A stretch of 64,000 nucleotides of DNA from the human T2T-CHM13v2.0 reference genome, Homo sapiens: NCBI RefSeq assembly GCF_009914755.1, contig NC_060927.1; one strand, given 5' to 3'. Below are positions 14,401-29,058 of this stretch, one piece after another. Each line of letters starts with the position of its first letter. The stretch's first letter is position 1. Made by a program: the position numbers and the translations under genes. The notes beneath the pieces were generated by a model. That model was not told where the DNA came from and did not search any database. It saw only the letters and a program-made list of their open reading frames with translations.

Positions 14401-15915
14401 TTTTAAACTAGTGAGTTTTAAAATTAAGCTGTAAAATCTTTGCGCCTTTTTGTATTTTTGTGTATATATGTGTAAACATATCTGTTTGTATATTGTCTAT
14501 GCCACCAAATTGGTTTATAAATGAATGGGTACTCGTAAATTAAGCAAATAAGCCCAAATGCTTTTCAAGTTCATGTAACTTAGTAGTCTTTTGGTGGGTG
14601 GGACTAGTCTAATATTGTTGGTTTGGTGGGAATCACTATGTCTTCTGAGTTATTAGAAAAATATGCATGTATTTAACTTTAGGGTTCTTGCTTTTATGAT
14701 ACTTGCCTGGCATGCAATAATGTAAATTTTGCTGATGAAAAAATTTAGCTTAAGATGGTAGCTAGATTTGTCTAGTGTGTCATGAAGTTTTCCAAATATA
14801 ATTTTTAAAAGCGAATGAATTGGATGGATATAAATGAAATAAAAGTTCATAAATGAATTGTGGATAATGGTTATGTTTTATATGTTTACTTAAGAAGATT
14901 TCTCAAATGTCTTTAGTAATGATATCCTTAGGGTTTGCTAAGCTAAATTAAATGATGGATATACATTGAATGTCTAGATCATTTTCAGATAAGATGTAAT
15001 GCTGAGACATTTACTGCTGAATATTATGGGTTTAGGTTCATACACTTTTGGCTTCTTATTTCTGAGAAACGTAAGTGGATCTTCTAGTAAAAATATCCTG
15101 TTCCATATTAAAGAGTCGGTTCTGTTAGAAAGCATGTGTTCCTGGAAATTGTAAAATGTATATTCTTGGATTGTTGGTACATGCTTGATAGTTAAAAGCT
15201 GCTTGCTTTCTAGGTTTTTACCGAAAATTAGGGTCACCAAGAGTTAACATTGTAATTAATGTATGTGATTAAACCACTATTGATGAGAAAGACTATTCTG
15301 TGTGCAAGCGTATAAGGAGGGTAAGATGTATATTTGGTAAGAAAGAGAAAAGACAAGAAAAGAAAAAAGAAAAAGAAAAAGAAAAGAAAAGAAAAGAAAA
15401 TAATTTATGTGAGAAAAAATCTTGGGTGGTAAATTTCCATTCTAGATTAAATGACTGATTATTCATGAAAGAGGAAGTATGGGACAAACCAGAAAGTCCA
15501 AGCATGTTGTTAATGATCTAAGTGAATCATGATAATGTTGTGAAAAGACAATTTATAAAAGGAATTTTCTGTGTGATCAAGTGAGTTACAATTGGAAGGA
15601 ACTTGTGTATGAGCCTTTCTAGAGATCGAACTTTGATGTTAAAAACACACTAATACAGAACTTAAAATGTTGGTCCCCTATGTTAGAACAATGAGGTGTT
15701 TCATAAAATGTTGATTTGCTTTTAATAAAATTGTAAGAAGTTTTGATTTTTGGTTCTGAAATCAGTTTCTTAGCAGTAATCCTCTAAACTACAAACAGTT
15801 TCTATTTCTGCCACATTTCTTCCTGAGCTCTATCAAATTTCCCTAGTTTCAGGTTGGAAATGCAACTCTCCTTTCTACCCTTGAAAAGGTCTATCTTTTT
15901 GCTTGGCTGGGTTGA

Positions 15916-16177
<262 letters not shown>

Positions 16178-16238
16178 AAGTGTTTATCTTGAAGGTCTAG
16201 GAAAGCAGTGTTTCCTACAGTACAACTTGATTCTGTAC

Positions 16239-16562
<324 letters not shown>

Positions 16563-19047
16563 TAATTGTTTCATGTAACCAGGAAATTTCCTATGTCATT
16601 ACTAAAAGCCAGACATTCTCCTGTGCAAGGTGCCAGTTTTCTTGCTTACATTTCTCTATAACATAAAGTACATTCATAACCCTGGATGAACTTATCCTGT
16701 GCCTGATTAAATTCAAGTCCTCTTTTTGTTAGGCTTAACTTACAAGTTATCTAAAGGAACATTGTATAAATAAAAGCAATCACACTACAGGCGGTTTTCT
16801 TTTTTCTTTGCCTTTTAGGTAACTGGCCTAGGAAACAAAGATTCTATGCTTTACCAAGATAATTTCCTGTGTTTCATGTTATCTTTATTGAGTTTTTGAT
16901 ATTTAGGAAAATTGAACTTTAAAAGGATTAAGGTTTTTACATCCATGTAACTTTCTGTAGTGCTTTTGAAGTCTTTTGATTACCGCTCTAGTTAAATGAA
17001 TAACTATTATTTAGCAGTGACCTATGATTCTGTTCAATCAAGTACCTTAGACTTTTTGACATCTTTGGTAGATTTCCCCTGCATCAAAATCCAAAATTAA
17101 ATCTTTTTGGCCTAAAATTAACTTTGGGATTTTCCACGTGGGCTCCTGGAGAGCCTCAAAGAATGTATCTCTCATCTTGCATAAAGATTAAATGATTAGG
17201 CTTATTGAGAAATCATAGGGGAAGCATTATCAATTAAGAAATGATGTTCAACTTCCTTTAAGTTATATTTGTATACATGTGGTATTAAAATATGTTCCAA
17301 AATTGTGTGAGAGTTCTAAAACTCTGATATGTCATGACATGTACTATCAGTCATGATTAGGCTATTATGTTAAATTTTTATATACACAAATATAACTAAA
17401 TTTCCTTGTCCACTGTGGACTTCTGTCAGATGTTTGAGCTTGGCTGTTCTAGGTTTTTGTTACCCACAGTTATTGTTTTCAATTTTTCTCTGGAAGCATT
17501 TGCAACCATTTATAGTCCAAAATTGCTTTTCCTGGAACTGCTAATCAAAATTGAGCAAAACAACAGCAAAATTAATTACATGAAATTAAGTAGTTGATAA
17601 TTGATAAAGTTGATTTTTTTCCCTAGTGCTTACATAAGGAGACAAGAATGGTTAGTTCTTTATTTATGTGCTCTATTTTTCAGATTCAGGGAAATTTTCT
17701 TTCATAAAGGATTTATAGTTTGCAATAATTTAGTGAAATATCTTTTCATGAGCAAAAGTGGAAGCATTTGATTTTTATACCTACTTGATTCCTCCAAAAT
17801 TCAGAAATTATTTGTGAGTATTCTTATTTGTATTTATGTAAGTTCAATAAAAATCTGCTCTTTCTTTATATGCAAGATAAATTTGGAAACCTTGGTTATA
17901 TTATAAAGGTTTTGGTGGAAATGTCATATTTAAGAATATGCATAAAATGCCTGGCTTCAAGAGTGTCTGGCCTTACAGTGAATGCGTAAAAATTGTCACT
18001 TTAAGAACCTGAAGATTGTAAGCAAAATCTAAAGCCTCCCTTGGTCTGGCTTCTTAGCCTTAAGATTTTTTTTTAAATCTGAGATTTCTATATGATCAGT
18101 GTGGAGAGAAAAAGTTATGTTTCTGGGGAAAAAAAACACTAAAGCATATCTCTTATTAGATTGTAGGCCAGTCCATTGTTTTTAAGTTGTAGACTGGACT
18201 AGATCCTGAATTCTTCTAATTTCCTCCAATAGTTGGCTATGACTAAATGTTGATAAAGCCCCTGGCTCTCTTCTCTCATGCAAAACTAGAGATGCTTCAA
18301 GGACATTCAAGGGACATTTTTCCCTACTCAAAATTAACCAACCAGGAGAATTGGATATTAAAATTGGAAACAAACTAATCAGAGCTATGGTCAACACTGG
18401 AGCTATCTTGTCCATCCATCCTTAACCCTGATATGCTTTCAATGAGCCCTCCTCCCCAGAGTTCTGAATTCATCCAGATGGTCAAGGTGGCCAATCAGGC
18501 TATGATGGTCCCTAAATCTCTACCTATCCCCTTCCAACTAGACCCCTCACTGGCAGTCATTGCCTTTTGCTTGTCCTGTTGGTCCCCATGCACTTCCTGG
18601 AAAAGACTTCTAAGAAAGTTACCAGGCTCGTATTTCCTTCTTCCCAAAAGGGGAAATAATGCTGAAATTATCCTCATCAGGAGATTTTGCCACATAAATG
18701 GCTTTTACCCAAATTTCCATCTTTTCAGTTAGCCTCACCAATGCTACCTGCCACCCTGCTCTCCAAGAGCTAGCTAAGAGTCTTTGGGCACAATCCAACA
18801 CCAATGATAACCCTTCAGATCATGAAGATAATAGTTGTGTGGATACTCTCAAGGACACTCTCATTTACCTGGGAGTGATGGGGAGATTAACCCTAGTGAA
18901 GAAACTAGATGGGCTTGGCTTGAACTAGGCCCTGCTTGGAATGAATATATATGGTCAGAATCCTTTCCCACACTATTAACAGAATTGCTTGCCCTGCTGC
19001 CTGAACCATAAGGACAAAACAGAGGTCCCTCAGATTCCCTTGCTTAT

Positions 19048-19359
19048 GTGGTCTTAGATAACCACATTGCTTTAGACTATCACCTCACCACACTGGGTGG
19101 TGTTTGTGCTGTCACTAACACTTCTTGCAGTACCTGGATAAATACTTCCAGTTATGTTGAATTGGAAACATCTAAGAGCCTAAATCTGGTTAAATCTCTA
19201 AAAGGGACATCTTCAGAAAGCCTTCTGGCTGGACTTACTGGACTAGATTTCCAATTTCCAGATATTTTTCAACTGGCTTTGCCCTGGTATAGAATCCCTT
19301 CTGCTTTCCACCCTAATGATCTTCTTCATATTTGGGCTAAGCATTTGGCTCCTCTTTAA
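19048..19359 (+). pseudogene. ERV env TM remnant with immunosuppressive-domain-like motif
   Basis: VLDNHIALDYHLTTLGGVCAVTNTSCSTWINTS: ISU-like segment, with the CX6CC motif decayed to CX6CS. No intact SU region. Confidence 0.8.
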
Positions 19360-19687
19360 AATTGTTCTAGCCTGTTTTAACCTCCACTAGGATTGTGCTA
19401 ACTTGACACCATGAGACTTTAAACTTGCTCCATCCAGACCAGAACAAACTTAACCCAAGATGCTTTAGTCAAATTTGGCAGGTACCTGAGTGCCTCTTAT
19501 AAGTGGCTCTAATTGCTCAGTTGGTCACTGTCCTGCCATTAGAATTCCTGAACAAGACTAGATGAACCTGGAGCACGTAGCCAACCACTCCAGTGCCACA
19601 ATGATTGGTTGAACCATCACTGATGATTGAACCAACCTATTCAATCATCAGCATGTCTGCCAACAGGTTTTGATCAAAATGGGGGAA

Positions 19688-20443
19688 TGTGAACAAATGT
19701 GAACCTGGAAGAGCCAGTTCTTCAAGATGGATTCCAAGTGGCTAACAGGGCCTAAATTTTAAATAGAGCTAAGTGACCATTTGCTGACTAGAGGTCATAC
19801 TACTCTCAGTTTCCTGAAAACCCACATCTCTGTGTAACTCTGGGACTTTAGGATCTCAGTTGTATCAACCAATCAGGGCTCAGTTGTATTGACCAAACAG
19901 AACTCAGCTATGTTGACCAATCAGAACTAAGTAAGTTTGAATCCTTCACTTGCATAACTAGACCTGATTGGGAACCTGGGCAAGCACTTTCTCTATAAAA
20001 GCCAAACCCAGAGGGGCATTGTGGCTCCCACCTGTAATCCCAGTACTTTGGGAGGCTGAGCTAGGAGGATCACTTGAGGCCAGGAGTTCAAGACCAGTCT
20101 GGGCAACACAGTGAGACTACATCTCAAAAAAAACTAAAAAAAAGAAAAAGAAAAAAGACCATGGTTGCACGTGCTTGTAGTCCTAGCTACTTGGGAGGCT
20201 GAGGCAGGAGGATTGCTTGAGCCCAGGAGTTCAAACCTGCAGTGAGCCACTGCACTCCAAACTGGGTGACAGAGTGAGACCTCATCTCAAAAGTAAATAA
20301 ATAAATAAATACCAAACTCTTCATTTGTTCTCTGGAGTGCACCTTTATTTTACACTTTAGTCTGTGTCTCCCCAGTTTGCAAACTGTTCCCTGGAATAAA
20401 GTCTCTTTCCTCCAAATTCCTTTTCAGAGACCTTTTGTTTATA
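19688..20443 (+). mobile_element. ERV1 3' LTR (LTR49-like; subfamily uncertain) split by an Alu
   Basis: TG start after the PPT, tandem CCAAT-type repeats, TATAAAA at 19994-20000, AATAAA at 20395-20400. Confidence 0.75.
20010..20310 (+). mobile_element. Alu (AluJ-like) inside the LTR
   Basis: Diverged dimeric Alu with degenerate TSD around ccaaac. Confidence 0.9.
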
Positions 20444-20827
20444 CCTCTATTCCAAAACATTCCTGGGTAACTTGTTTACTTGTCCCTCTCACAAATATTT
20501 ATTGATCACCTGCTATGCACACAACACAATTCTTGTTCACAAAGGAGATACAGAGGATGTGTGAGAGACCAGCACACTCCGGCAACTCATACCACAGCTC
20601 AGCAGTCTCAAAGGGGAGCGTGTGCACCCTGGTGGGAACACAGGACCATTTCTTGGGCAGAGGGCAGAATAGATCATAATGTTTATTTAGAGGTATTTGC
20701 TGCCATCTCATAATTTTAAATTTATACTTTTTATACATTTTATAATATACATAATATATTGCTATAGTAATAGCCACATAAAACATATGTGACAAATCTT
20801 TGATTGGTGTATAATCAAAAAAGTTTA

Positions 20828-21132
20828 GGCTGGGTGCGGCGGCTTACGCCTGTAATCCCAGCACTTTAGGAGGCCGAGGCAGGTGGATCACCTGAGGTCA
20901 GGAGTTCCAGACCAGCCTGGCCAACATGACAAAACCCTGTTTCTACTAAAAATATAAAAATTAGCTGGGTGTAGTGGCGGGCACTTGTAATCCCAACTAC
21001 TGGGTAGGCTGAGGCACGAGAATCACTTGAGCTGGGGGAGCAGAGGTTGCAGTGAGCCAAGATCACACCACTGCACTCCAGCCTGGGTGACAGAGCTAGG
21101 CTCTGTCTCAAAAAAAAAAAAAAAAAAAAAAA
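20828..21132 (+). mobile_element. Alu (AluSx-like)
   Basis: Full length, poly-A tail, TSD aaaaaagttta. Confidence 0.95.
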
Positions 21133-21899
21133 GTTTAGGAGACCCACCAATTTTATTTATGACTCCATATACATAAAACTGTAAAATAAAAATGCAAGGT
21201 TATTTGGAGATTAAAATGAGAAAGAATATAGTAAGAGTTCAAGGGTCAGCAATGCTCAAGAAAGACTCTCAGAGAAGGTGGGACCTGAGTTAATTAGGGT
21301 GGGTGGGCTTTATTCAAGAGAAGAAGTTATCAAAGGCAACAAGAAACAGTCATCAACAGAGGCTTGACTTTGGTGATGTACTGGGCATAACTCAGGGAAT
21401 GTGATCACAACACTGGCCTGGGACATGGCCCCAAACACAAGGCCTTCAGTTTCTGATCCTCTGCCTCCTTCACCCCTAGACTCCTCTATGATTCCTCCCA
21501 GACCCAACCTCCCACTGCCCTGCCCCTTCCAACCCCTTCCCAGCCCCTTGATCCCTGGGTCCACGGTCCATTCCCCACCTCCTCAGCCTCTGCCCCCTCT
21601 GCTCTTGCCACCTTCGTCTCTGCTGGAACCCAGCTGCCCTCAAGGGCCCTGCTCCCTGTGTCCTTCTGAGCAGAGGCTGCTCTTTCTCCAACACTCAGGG
21701 CCAGGAAGTGGGTGGGGTGTGGGCTTTTACCTGGCTCTCTGAGGCCCCTTCCCAGACTGTTTCTTGAACTCTTTCTGTGAGGCTCCACACCCACCCTTCC
21801 CCTGTTTGCCGTGAATTTCTCCCCAGGTCCCTCTCCCTCATCCTTCCAGGTTGAGGTTGTAACCTAGAGCACTTCCCCTCAGCCTCCACTCACACCACT

Positions 21900-23160
21900 G
21901 CCACACTGGGCAATGTCCGCGTCCTCAGGGACCGCCATCTCCTGCCCATACCGTCAGTCCCTTGACTTCTTCCCCTTCGGAGGCCATCACCTCCAGGCCA
22001 TATCAGTCACCTGCACTCACACCCAGGGGCCCGCCCCCACCAGGAGGCACCCCACCTCTGAAATGCCCACACTTTGCTCTCTGGCCTTATTCCACCTGAA
22101 GCTGGACTTGCACTTCATGGAGCCATGCAGGGCTTTGGCACCTTCAGTTCTCCCATCTATTTATCCTTCCTATTTTCACTTCCTGTCTGGCCTACAGAGA
22201 ATTCAGTGGAAAGACAGTCCCCCTTCTTGACTAAGGGCAGCCCCTTGAGCTGTAATCTGGATCCATTCTCCTCATTCTCCTTTCCCCCCCTCTCTCTCTG
22301 TTTCTTTTTCTTCCTCCCCAAGCAAATTTGTTTATGTCTCCATATTAATAACCAAACAACCCTCCACCCCTTGGCTCCCTCTTGCACTGTCCTGTTTGTT
22401 GCTGTTTTTGTTTTTGAGACAGAGTCTTGCTCAGTTGCCCAGGCTGGAGTGCAGCCTCGGCCTCCCAAAGTGCTAGGATTACAGGCATAAGCCACTGCAC
22501 CTGGCCTGACTGTACTGTTTTTTTGTCCACCTTCTATTGTCAGCCTTCCTAAAATTGTCTCTACTTTTCTTACTTAATATTCTCTGCTCAGCCTGCTGCA
22601 AACTGGCTTGGAGATTCCCCATGACAATGGAGTTGCTGTTGACAAAATCAACAGGGACCTTCTAATCAATAGATCATGGACACCTATCCCAACCCATTGC
22701 AGCTCACACAGCCTGGATCATCCCCTTGTGGAAGGTTTCTCCCCACTTAGTGCCCATCATGCCTCTCCTGCATCTCCCGCCCCCATGCTGGCTGCTTCTC
22801 ATGCTTCCTCCCAGCATCCTCATCATGCACACCACCTAACCATTGGTGTCCCTGGGCTCTGGTCCTCTCCTTTTCTACTCCACATCCCGTGACTCTGCTA
22901 GTAGCCACCTACTGCTAGTGACTCACAGCCATCTCTGTGAGTCTTTAACCCAGACCCTCTCTGACCTCCAAACCTTATGCCTAGGCCTCTGGACCTCTCA
23001 CCTGGGCAACCCACAGATTCCTGAAACTCAGCTGAGTGCATCCCTCTTCCTCCCCCAAAACTCTTCATCCTCTTGCTCATGTGTTTCCAACCAACAACTC
23101 AGAGGCAGAAATCTTGGTGTCTTGCTTGACTTCTCTCCCATGCCTCCCAGCCAAGCAGTT
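21900..23160 (+). mobile_element. L2 fragments
   Basis: Pyrimidine-rich degenerate L2-like sequence (ggtgtccctgggctctggtcctctccttttctactc). Confidence 0.55.
22405..22506 (-). mobile_element. Internally deleted Alu (~100 bp)
   Basis: Alu 3' end joined directly to Alu 5' end at ggagtgcag|cctcggcctccc. Confidence 0.9.
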
Positions 23161-23394
23161 GTAACAGTAGCAGACAGTAGTGGTAACAACCATGGCATTG
23201 TTCATCCAAATCTGGGATAACTCATTCTCTGGAACTGAGCTAGAATATCAAGTGTGAGTCTCACTGCCCAGACTGTGAAGATGCCTCCTTGGTGGATATT
23301 ACATGACCCGGAGGGGAGTGGCCCACATGGAACCCCTCTGTACCTCATGACACCCCCAATCACTCTCCCTTCTGTCTTTTAGAAACTCATTCCA

Positions 23395-23777
<383 letters not shown>

Positions 23778-24411
23778 TTATAAACTTCCACAGACTCTGC
23801 TGTGGGGTTTGAGTCTTCACCAGTCTCTCTTTGTACAGAAGCTTCATTAGTGTAGATGGAAGGCGACATCAACTCCTCATGATGGAGGACGGTGGAAAGC
23901 TGTCAGAATATCTACTCCGGCTGCAATTTGCTTCTCCCCCTTTTGCTGTGCCTGAAGACCTAAAATATTTTAGGGGTAGCTCTTGTGCCAGAGGTAATTC
24001 TTTCCAAATTACAGGAGATTCATACCCTCAAGTCACCTAACTTTGATCTTACTATGCAATCAGGCCATCTGTCTTTTCTCTGACCTCGGTTTAGCTTGCA
24101 AAGCTCTCCTACCAGTCTCTTAGAGAAAGCATCATGGTTCTATGGAAGGTGGGCCCATCTGGTCTCTAGAGGGGCACATCTTGGGTTCCGATTGTCTCCG
24201 CTGCTCTGTGTTCTTCATTTCCATGGAATTTCAGTAAACGTTGGTGAAGAGAGAAGCCCGTGGGCAGCAGCAGGGCCCTGGTGAGTTCAGAGACTCAGGC
24301 CACTCGCTGAACCTGGGGATCTGGGTATTCTGCCCTGGAAAGTCCGTGTGGAAACATTTGTGAGGCCTGGCATAGGTGGCTGTGAAGAGATGAAAGCAGG
24401 GTGCCCATGGA

Positions 24412-24572
24412 GAGCGTTGGTGCTCATACTTGGGTGTGCATCAGAAACCCCGGAGCTTGTTCAAACACATGGCATGGGGCCCTGCCCTGGGGTTTCTGAT
24501 TCAGTAGGACTGGAGTAGGGCCTGAGATTCTCCATTTCTTTTCTTTCTTTCTCTTTCTTTCTTTCTTTCTTT

Positions 24573-24618
<46 letters not shown>

Positions 24619-25103
24619 TTCTTTTTCTTTCTTTCTTCCTTCTCTCTCTCTCCCTTTCCTTTCCTTTCCTTTCCTTTCCTTTCCTTTCCTTTCCTTTCTT
24701 TTCTTTTCTTTTCATTCTTTCATTCTTCAGGGTCTGACTCTGTTGCCCAGGCTGGAGTGCAGTGGCGTGATCTTGGCTCACTGCAACCTCTGCCTCCTGG
24801 GTTCTAGCGATTCTTGTGCTTTAGGCTCCTGAGTAGCTGGGACTACAGGCGTGCATCACAACAGTGGCTAATTTTTGTATTTTTTGTTGTTGTTTTAGTA
24901 GAGATGGGGTTGGCCCATCTTGTTGGCCCATGTTGGCCAGGCTGGTCTCGAACTCCTGCCTCAAGCGATCCACCCACCTCTGCCTCCCAAAGTGCTGGGA
25001 TTACAGGCATGAGCCACTGCACCTGGCCTCTGCATTCCTTTCTAACAAGTCCTCAGGTGTAGCTACGGCTGCTGGCCCAGTGACCATGCTTTCAGAACCT
25101 CTG
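24412..25103. mobile_element. MER5A-like hAT element split by a reverse Alu (~24535-25027) whose tail expanded into (TTTC)n/(TTTCC)n
   Basis: tttctgattcagtaggactggagtagggcctgaga | tttctaacaagtcctcaggtg flanks the Alu. Confidence 0.8.
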
Positions 25104-25942
25104 TTTTAGAGGAAAGCACCTTGTCCCGCCCCCACTCAATGCATACAGCAGGCTCATACACAAGAGGGCCCACTCCAGCCTGAGCTGGAGGGATGGTATT
25201 GGCTTACTGGCAATGGCGAGTCCCTTGACACTGGCTTGCTTCTGTGCCTGGACTTTCTTGGCCCATTTTCTAACTTATTCTTGGTCATTGTTGCTGTGGC
25301 TGAAGAGCAGAAAAAGGAATTAATGATGTGCAAGGCCTAGGTAAATGGCAGCAATGGTCATCAGAAGGGCGATCTCCCTGCACCACCCTCTCCTCCCTCA
25401 GCATCAGACATTCCTTTTATGATTGTTCTATTTTTCTCTACGCCTCATTCATGTGTATTTTAGAGGACACAAAGCCACACTTCTGCAAAGGCCGAAAAAT
25501 GTTATGAATTACATCCAGAATACTTTTTCAGTTTCCTCTATGCTCCCTGAGCTCCCCCCAGCACCCACATTCCGGACTGAGAGTCAGAAGGACTTTCCAC
25601 ATAGGGAAGATGCCAGCCCTGGAGAGGAAACGGAATAAACACATTTGCTGATGTAGGAGCAGGAGGACAGCCTCCAAACTGAGGTCAGCATCACTCCCCA
25701 GGGGCACAGCCTCAGAGCCACCCTGGCTCCTTCCTCCCTGCCTTTCGTCTGCCCCAGGGACTAAATAGATGGCTTTTACCTTGAGCTCCTTGCCAAATGT
25801 CTGCCCTGTTTTCCATAGTCAGCTAGGGCTGATCATATCTGCACAGGAAGAAGGGAGCTCATTCTCAGATGGCTGAAGACATATATGTGCATGACTGTGT
25901 GAAGCGGTGGAAGAAGGGGTTGCGTTTCTGTGGACAAAGCCT

Positions 25943-25977
25943 AAAAAAAAAAAAAATATATATATATATATATATAA
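25943..25977. repeat. (A)n(TA)n microsatellite
   Basis: Direct reading. Confidence 0.9.
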
Positions 25978-26379
25978 CACTGTAATAAAATGGTCCTCAC
26001 TTTTCTACCAAGACCCAGATCAGATTTAATCATTGAAAACAGCTACACTTTAATAAAGTGGTTGGCGCAGGGCCTGGATCACTGCCTGGCCCTCCAAAGG
26101 TGTTCATAAATATTTGTTGAATGAATGAATGTGTTCATCCCAGGATTATCAATCCTGATTTGAGAGGATCTGATATGATCCTGGCTACTGTCATTTAAAC
26201 TGAGTTCTTGTTTCTTTTAAGGTTCTCAGATGAGGCATTAAACAAACCATCTTTCATCCTGCAGCTGGCTGCCAGGGGACATTGGAGTGGTCACTCAGCA
26301 ATGCAGAAATTTCAAAATTCCCCAAGCATGGGCTTCCTGCCCATTTGAAACCCAATCAGCCCTCCACTCCATTGCATCC

Positions 26380-26736
26380 TGATATGGTCTGGCTCTGTTT
26401 CCCCACCCAAATCTTATCTTGAATTATAATCCCCACATGTCAGGGGAGGGACTTCATTGGAAGTGATTAGATCATGGAGGCGATCCCCTCATGCTGTTCT
26501 TGTGACAGTCAGTGAGTTCTCATGAGATCAGATGGTTTTTATAAGGGACTTTCCCCCCTTTGCTCAGCTCTCATTCTCTCTCCTGCCGCCCTGTGAAGAG
26601 GTACCTTCCGCCATGATTCTAAGTTTCCTGAGGCCTCCCCAGCCATGTGGAGCTGTGAGTCCATTAAACCTCTTTTCTTTATAAACTACCCAGTCTCAGG
26701 CATTTCTTCATAGCAGTGTGAGAATGGACTAATACA
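26380..26736 (+). mobile_element. Solo MaLR LTR, THE1-type (THE1D-like)
   Basis: TGATATGG...GGACTAATACA termini, 357 bp, ATTAAA poly(A) signal. Confidence 0.9.
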
Positions 26737-27631
26737 CCCCGAGTCCTACCCCACCTTCTGATGGCTCCCTAATGGGATGCAAGCATCCAGGGCTACCTGC
26801 CCTTCTCTGGATGTTTATGTGTCTAGGAATCTGCAAGGGGAGGGCTGTCCTGTAATGACTGTGAAGGCATCCCTACCCTTGTAGGTTCCTGAGTCTGGGG
26901 TCCCCTGCCAGTCCCCAGGCCTCAGAAGATTTGGGGCTTGGAAGACAACTAAAGAAGGGCCAAGGATGGAGGCCAGGGGTCAATAAAGAGCAGATGAAAG
27001 ATGTTTTTAAAAGATTGATTTGAGCACCAATATGTAAAAACCAACCTGCCTTGTCCAGGGCCAAGAGTTGAAAAGATGCACTTCCAGCTATGTTTCTTTT
27101 TATGCCTGGTTCACCTTGTTTATTGAGCTCTCTATGCCAGATCCAAGGGGATGCCACAGAAGTTTAGGAATAGGTCATTTCCTTAAGGAATTCACCATCT
27201 CCCTGGGGAGGTAAAGCCATGTTACTTAAAATGGCTAAATAATATGATGATGTGGCATAGGCTGAACAAATCACTCTGCAATATACCATGATATAATAAA
27301 TGATTATTGTTGATATTAATGTCACACTTTTCTAGTTTACATTAAAATAAACTCATAACCATTCACAAAAATACTACAGTTTGTTTGTGTATGTTAAACC
27401 ATGTCCATTACTCTCCCCCTGCCGCCATGGGATGTACTCTTCTTTGTGAGATGTTGTTACAGGCCAACGGCCCTGGAAGGATTCCCAAGTGTTGCTCCAG
27501 CAGATGACTATTTTCTCCCAGGTCCAGCCAGGCAGAGCAGAGTAAGGGGAACAGCTCATGCTAGACGGGGTTGGGTTGTGCTGCCTGTCTGGATTATATG
27601 GCCTAAAGGCACAGCCCCAGGCTTCCCGCTC

Positions 27632-27900
27632 TTTTTTTTTTTTCTCTTGAGACGAAGTCTTGCTCTGTTGCCCAGGCTGGAGTGCAGTGGCACAATCTTG
27701 GCTCACTGCAGCCTCTGCCTCCTGAGTAGCTGGGACTACAGGCACATGCCACCATGCCCAGCTAATTTTTTGTATTTTAAGTAAGAGGCGGAGTTTCACC
27801 ATGTTGATCAGGCTGGTCTTAAACTCTTGACCTCAAACGATCCACCCATCTCAGCCTCCCAAACTGCTGGGATTACATGCATGAACCATTGCGTCTGGCC
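27632..27900 (-). mobile_element. Alu with a ~30-bp internal deletion
   Basis: Reverse Alu collapsed between the two ctgcctc motifs of the right arm. Confidence 0.9.
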
Positions 27901-29058
27901 TCCCTCTCTGAGCTCAGCTGCCAAAGTCATTTCTCAGGGCAGAGCCCCAAGGGTAGAGTAGACAGGTAGTCCATTAGTCAAGTCTACCAAAGCTGGGGTC
28001 CACCTGCTGCCCTCCCGTTCTGACCCTTTGCCTGCACAAATAAAAGGCATTGCAACCCCTTTATTCTCTACTGGCTCTTTCACCATCTGATCTAGCTCAT
28101 GGCCCAGCTTCCTTGGGGAAACCACATCAAAAAGAAATGCGAGGCTCCCAGCAGGTTTCTAAGTCAACCAGCCAAGGCTGCTGTGGAGGGAAACTGTGGC
28201 TGCTGACCTGCTCCAAGCTGAGGAGTGGGAAGCCCACAGCAGACTCTCTGAATCAAGGGAAGGAGTTCACATCCATGACCCCCTCCCAAGGCCAACCCAG
28301 GTATCGACACATTCCCCCAAAACACTGAACAGGCAAACAGGACAGAGTGTGCTACAAACATTGTATTAGGAAGCAATATCCATCCCAAAGAATTTCACAA
28401 GCATGTAAGTAAACAAATCAGTCAAAAATTTGACACTTTATAGGATCAATTAACAAGGTTAATCTAAGTTCTCAAACGTTGAACATTTTTTCAATAAATA
28501 TTGATTTTGTTTATATATCTTCAATCCACAAGTATTATTAACAAGTCTCAGAGGTGTTATTGAAGACTAAGAGTCAATACATTTTATTTATTATTTAATT
28601 GACTGATGTGTACCAAGGTGTCATTAACCTGAATAATGTTATGCAAAAGTCCAGCTCTGCCCTTTCAAAGATGGTCATGGTGTCATCCTTGCTTGTGTGC
28701 AATGTCAAAAGGTGGATGCTCTCCTCATGCTGTCTTCACTGGGCTTGCCTTCTTCCTTTCCAAAAATGTATTCATGGGCCAAGAAGAGAAAGAAAAACAC
28801 AAGCGGCTATGGAAGTGTGAGCTCACAGTACCATCCAGCTAGAAACTGGCCGGGGGCCTGAGGGCTGGGTATCAGTGGGGTTGACCAGAGGTAATCCCAC
28901 TCTCTAAAACCTGAGACAGCGGGGTTACTGCCAGGAGAAGCCCTAGGCCACACTCTAGTGTAGACCATTGACAAACTCAGCTCTTTGCTATGGGGGTTGC
29001 AAGTTCCTTGCAGAGCCTATGATGTGTGATGGCTCATGCCAGCGGGTGTAAGCACTAG

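Noticed and set aside
19048-19359. Possible syncytin-like domesticated env
   Set aside because: Only a short TM fragment; CX6CC is broken and there is no signal peptide or SU.
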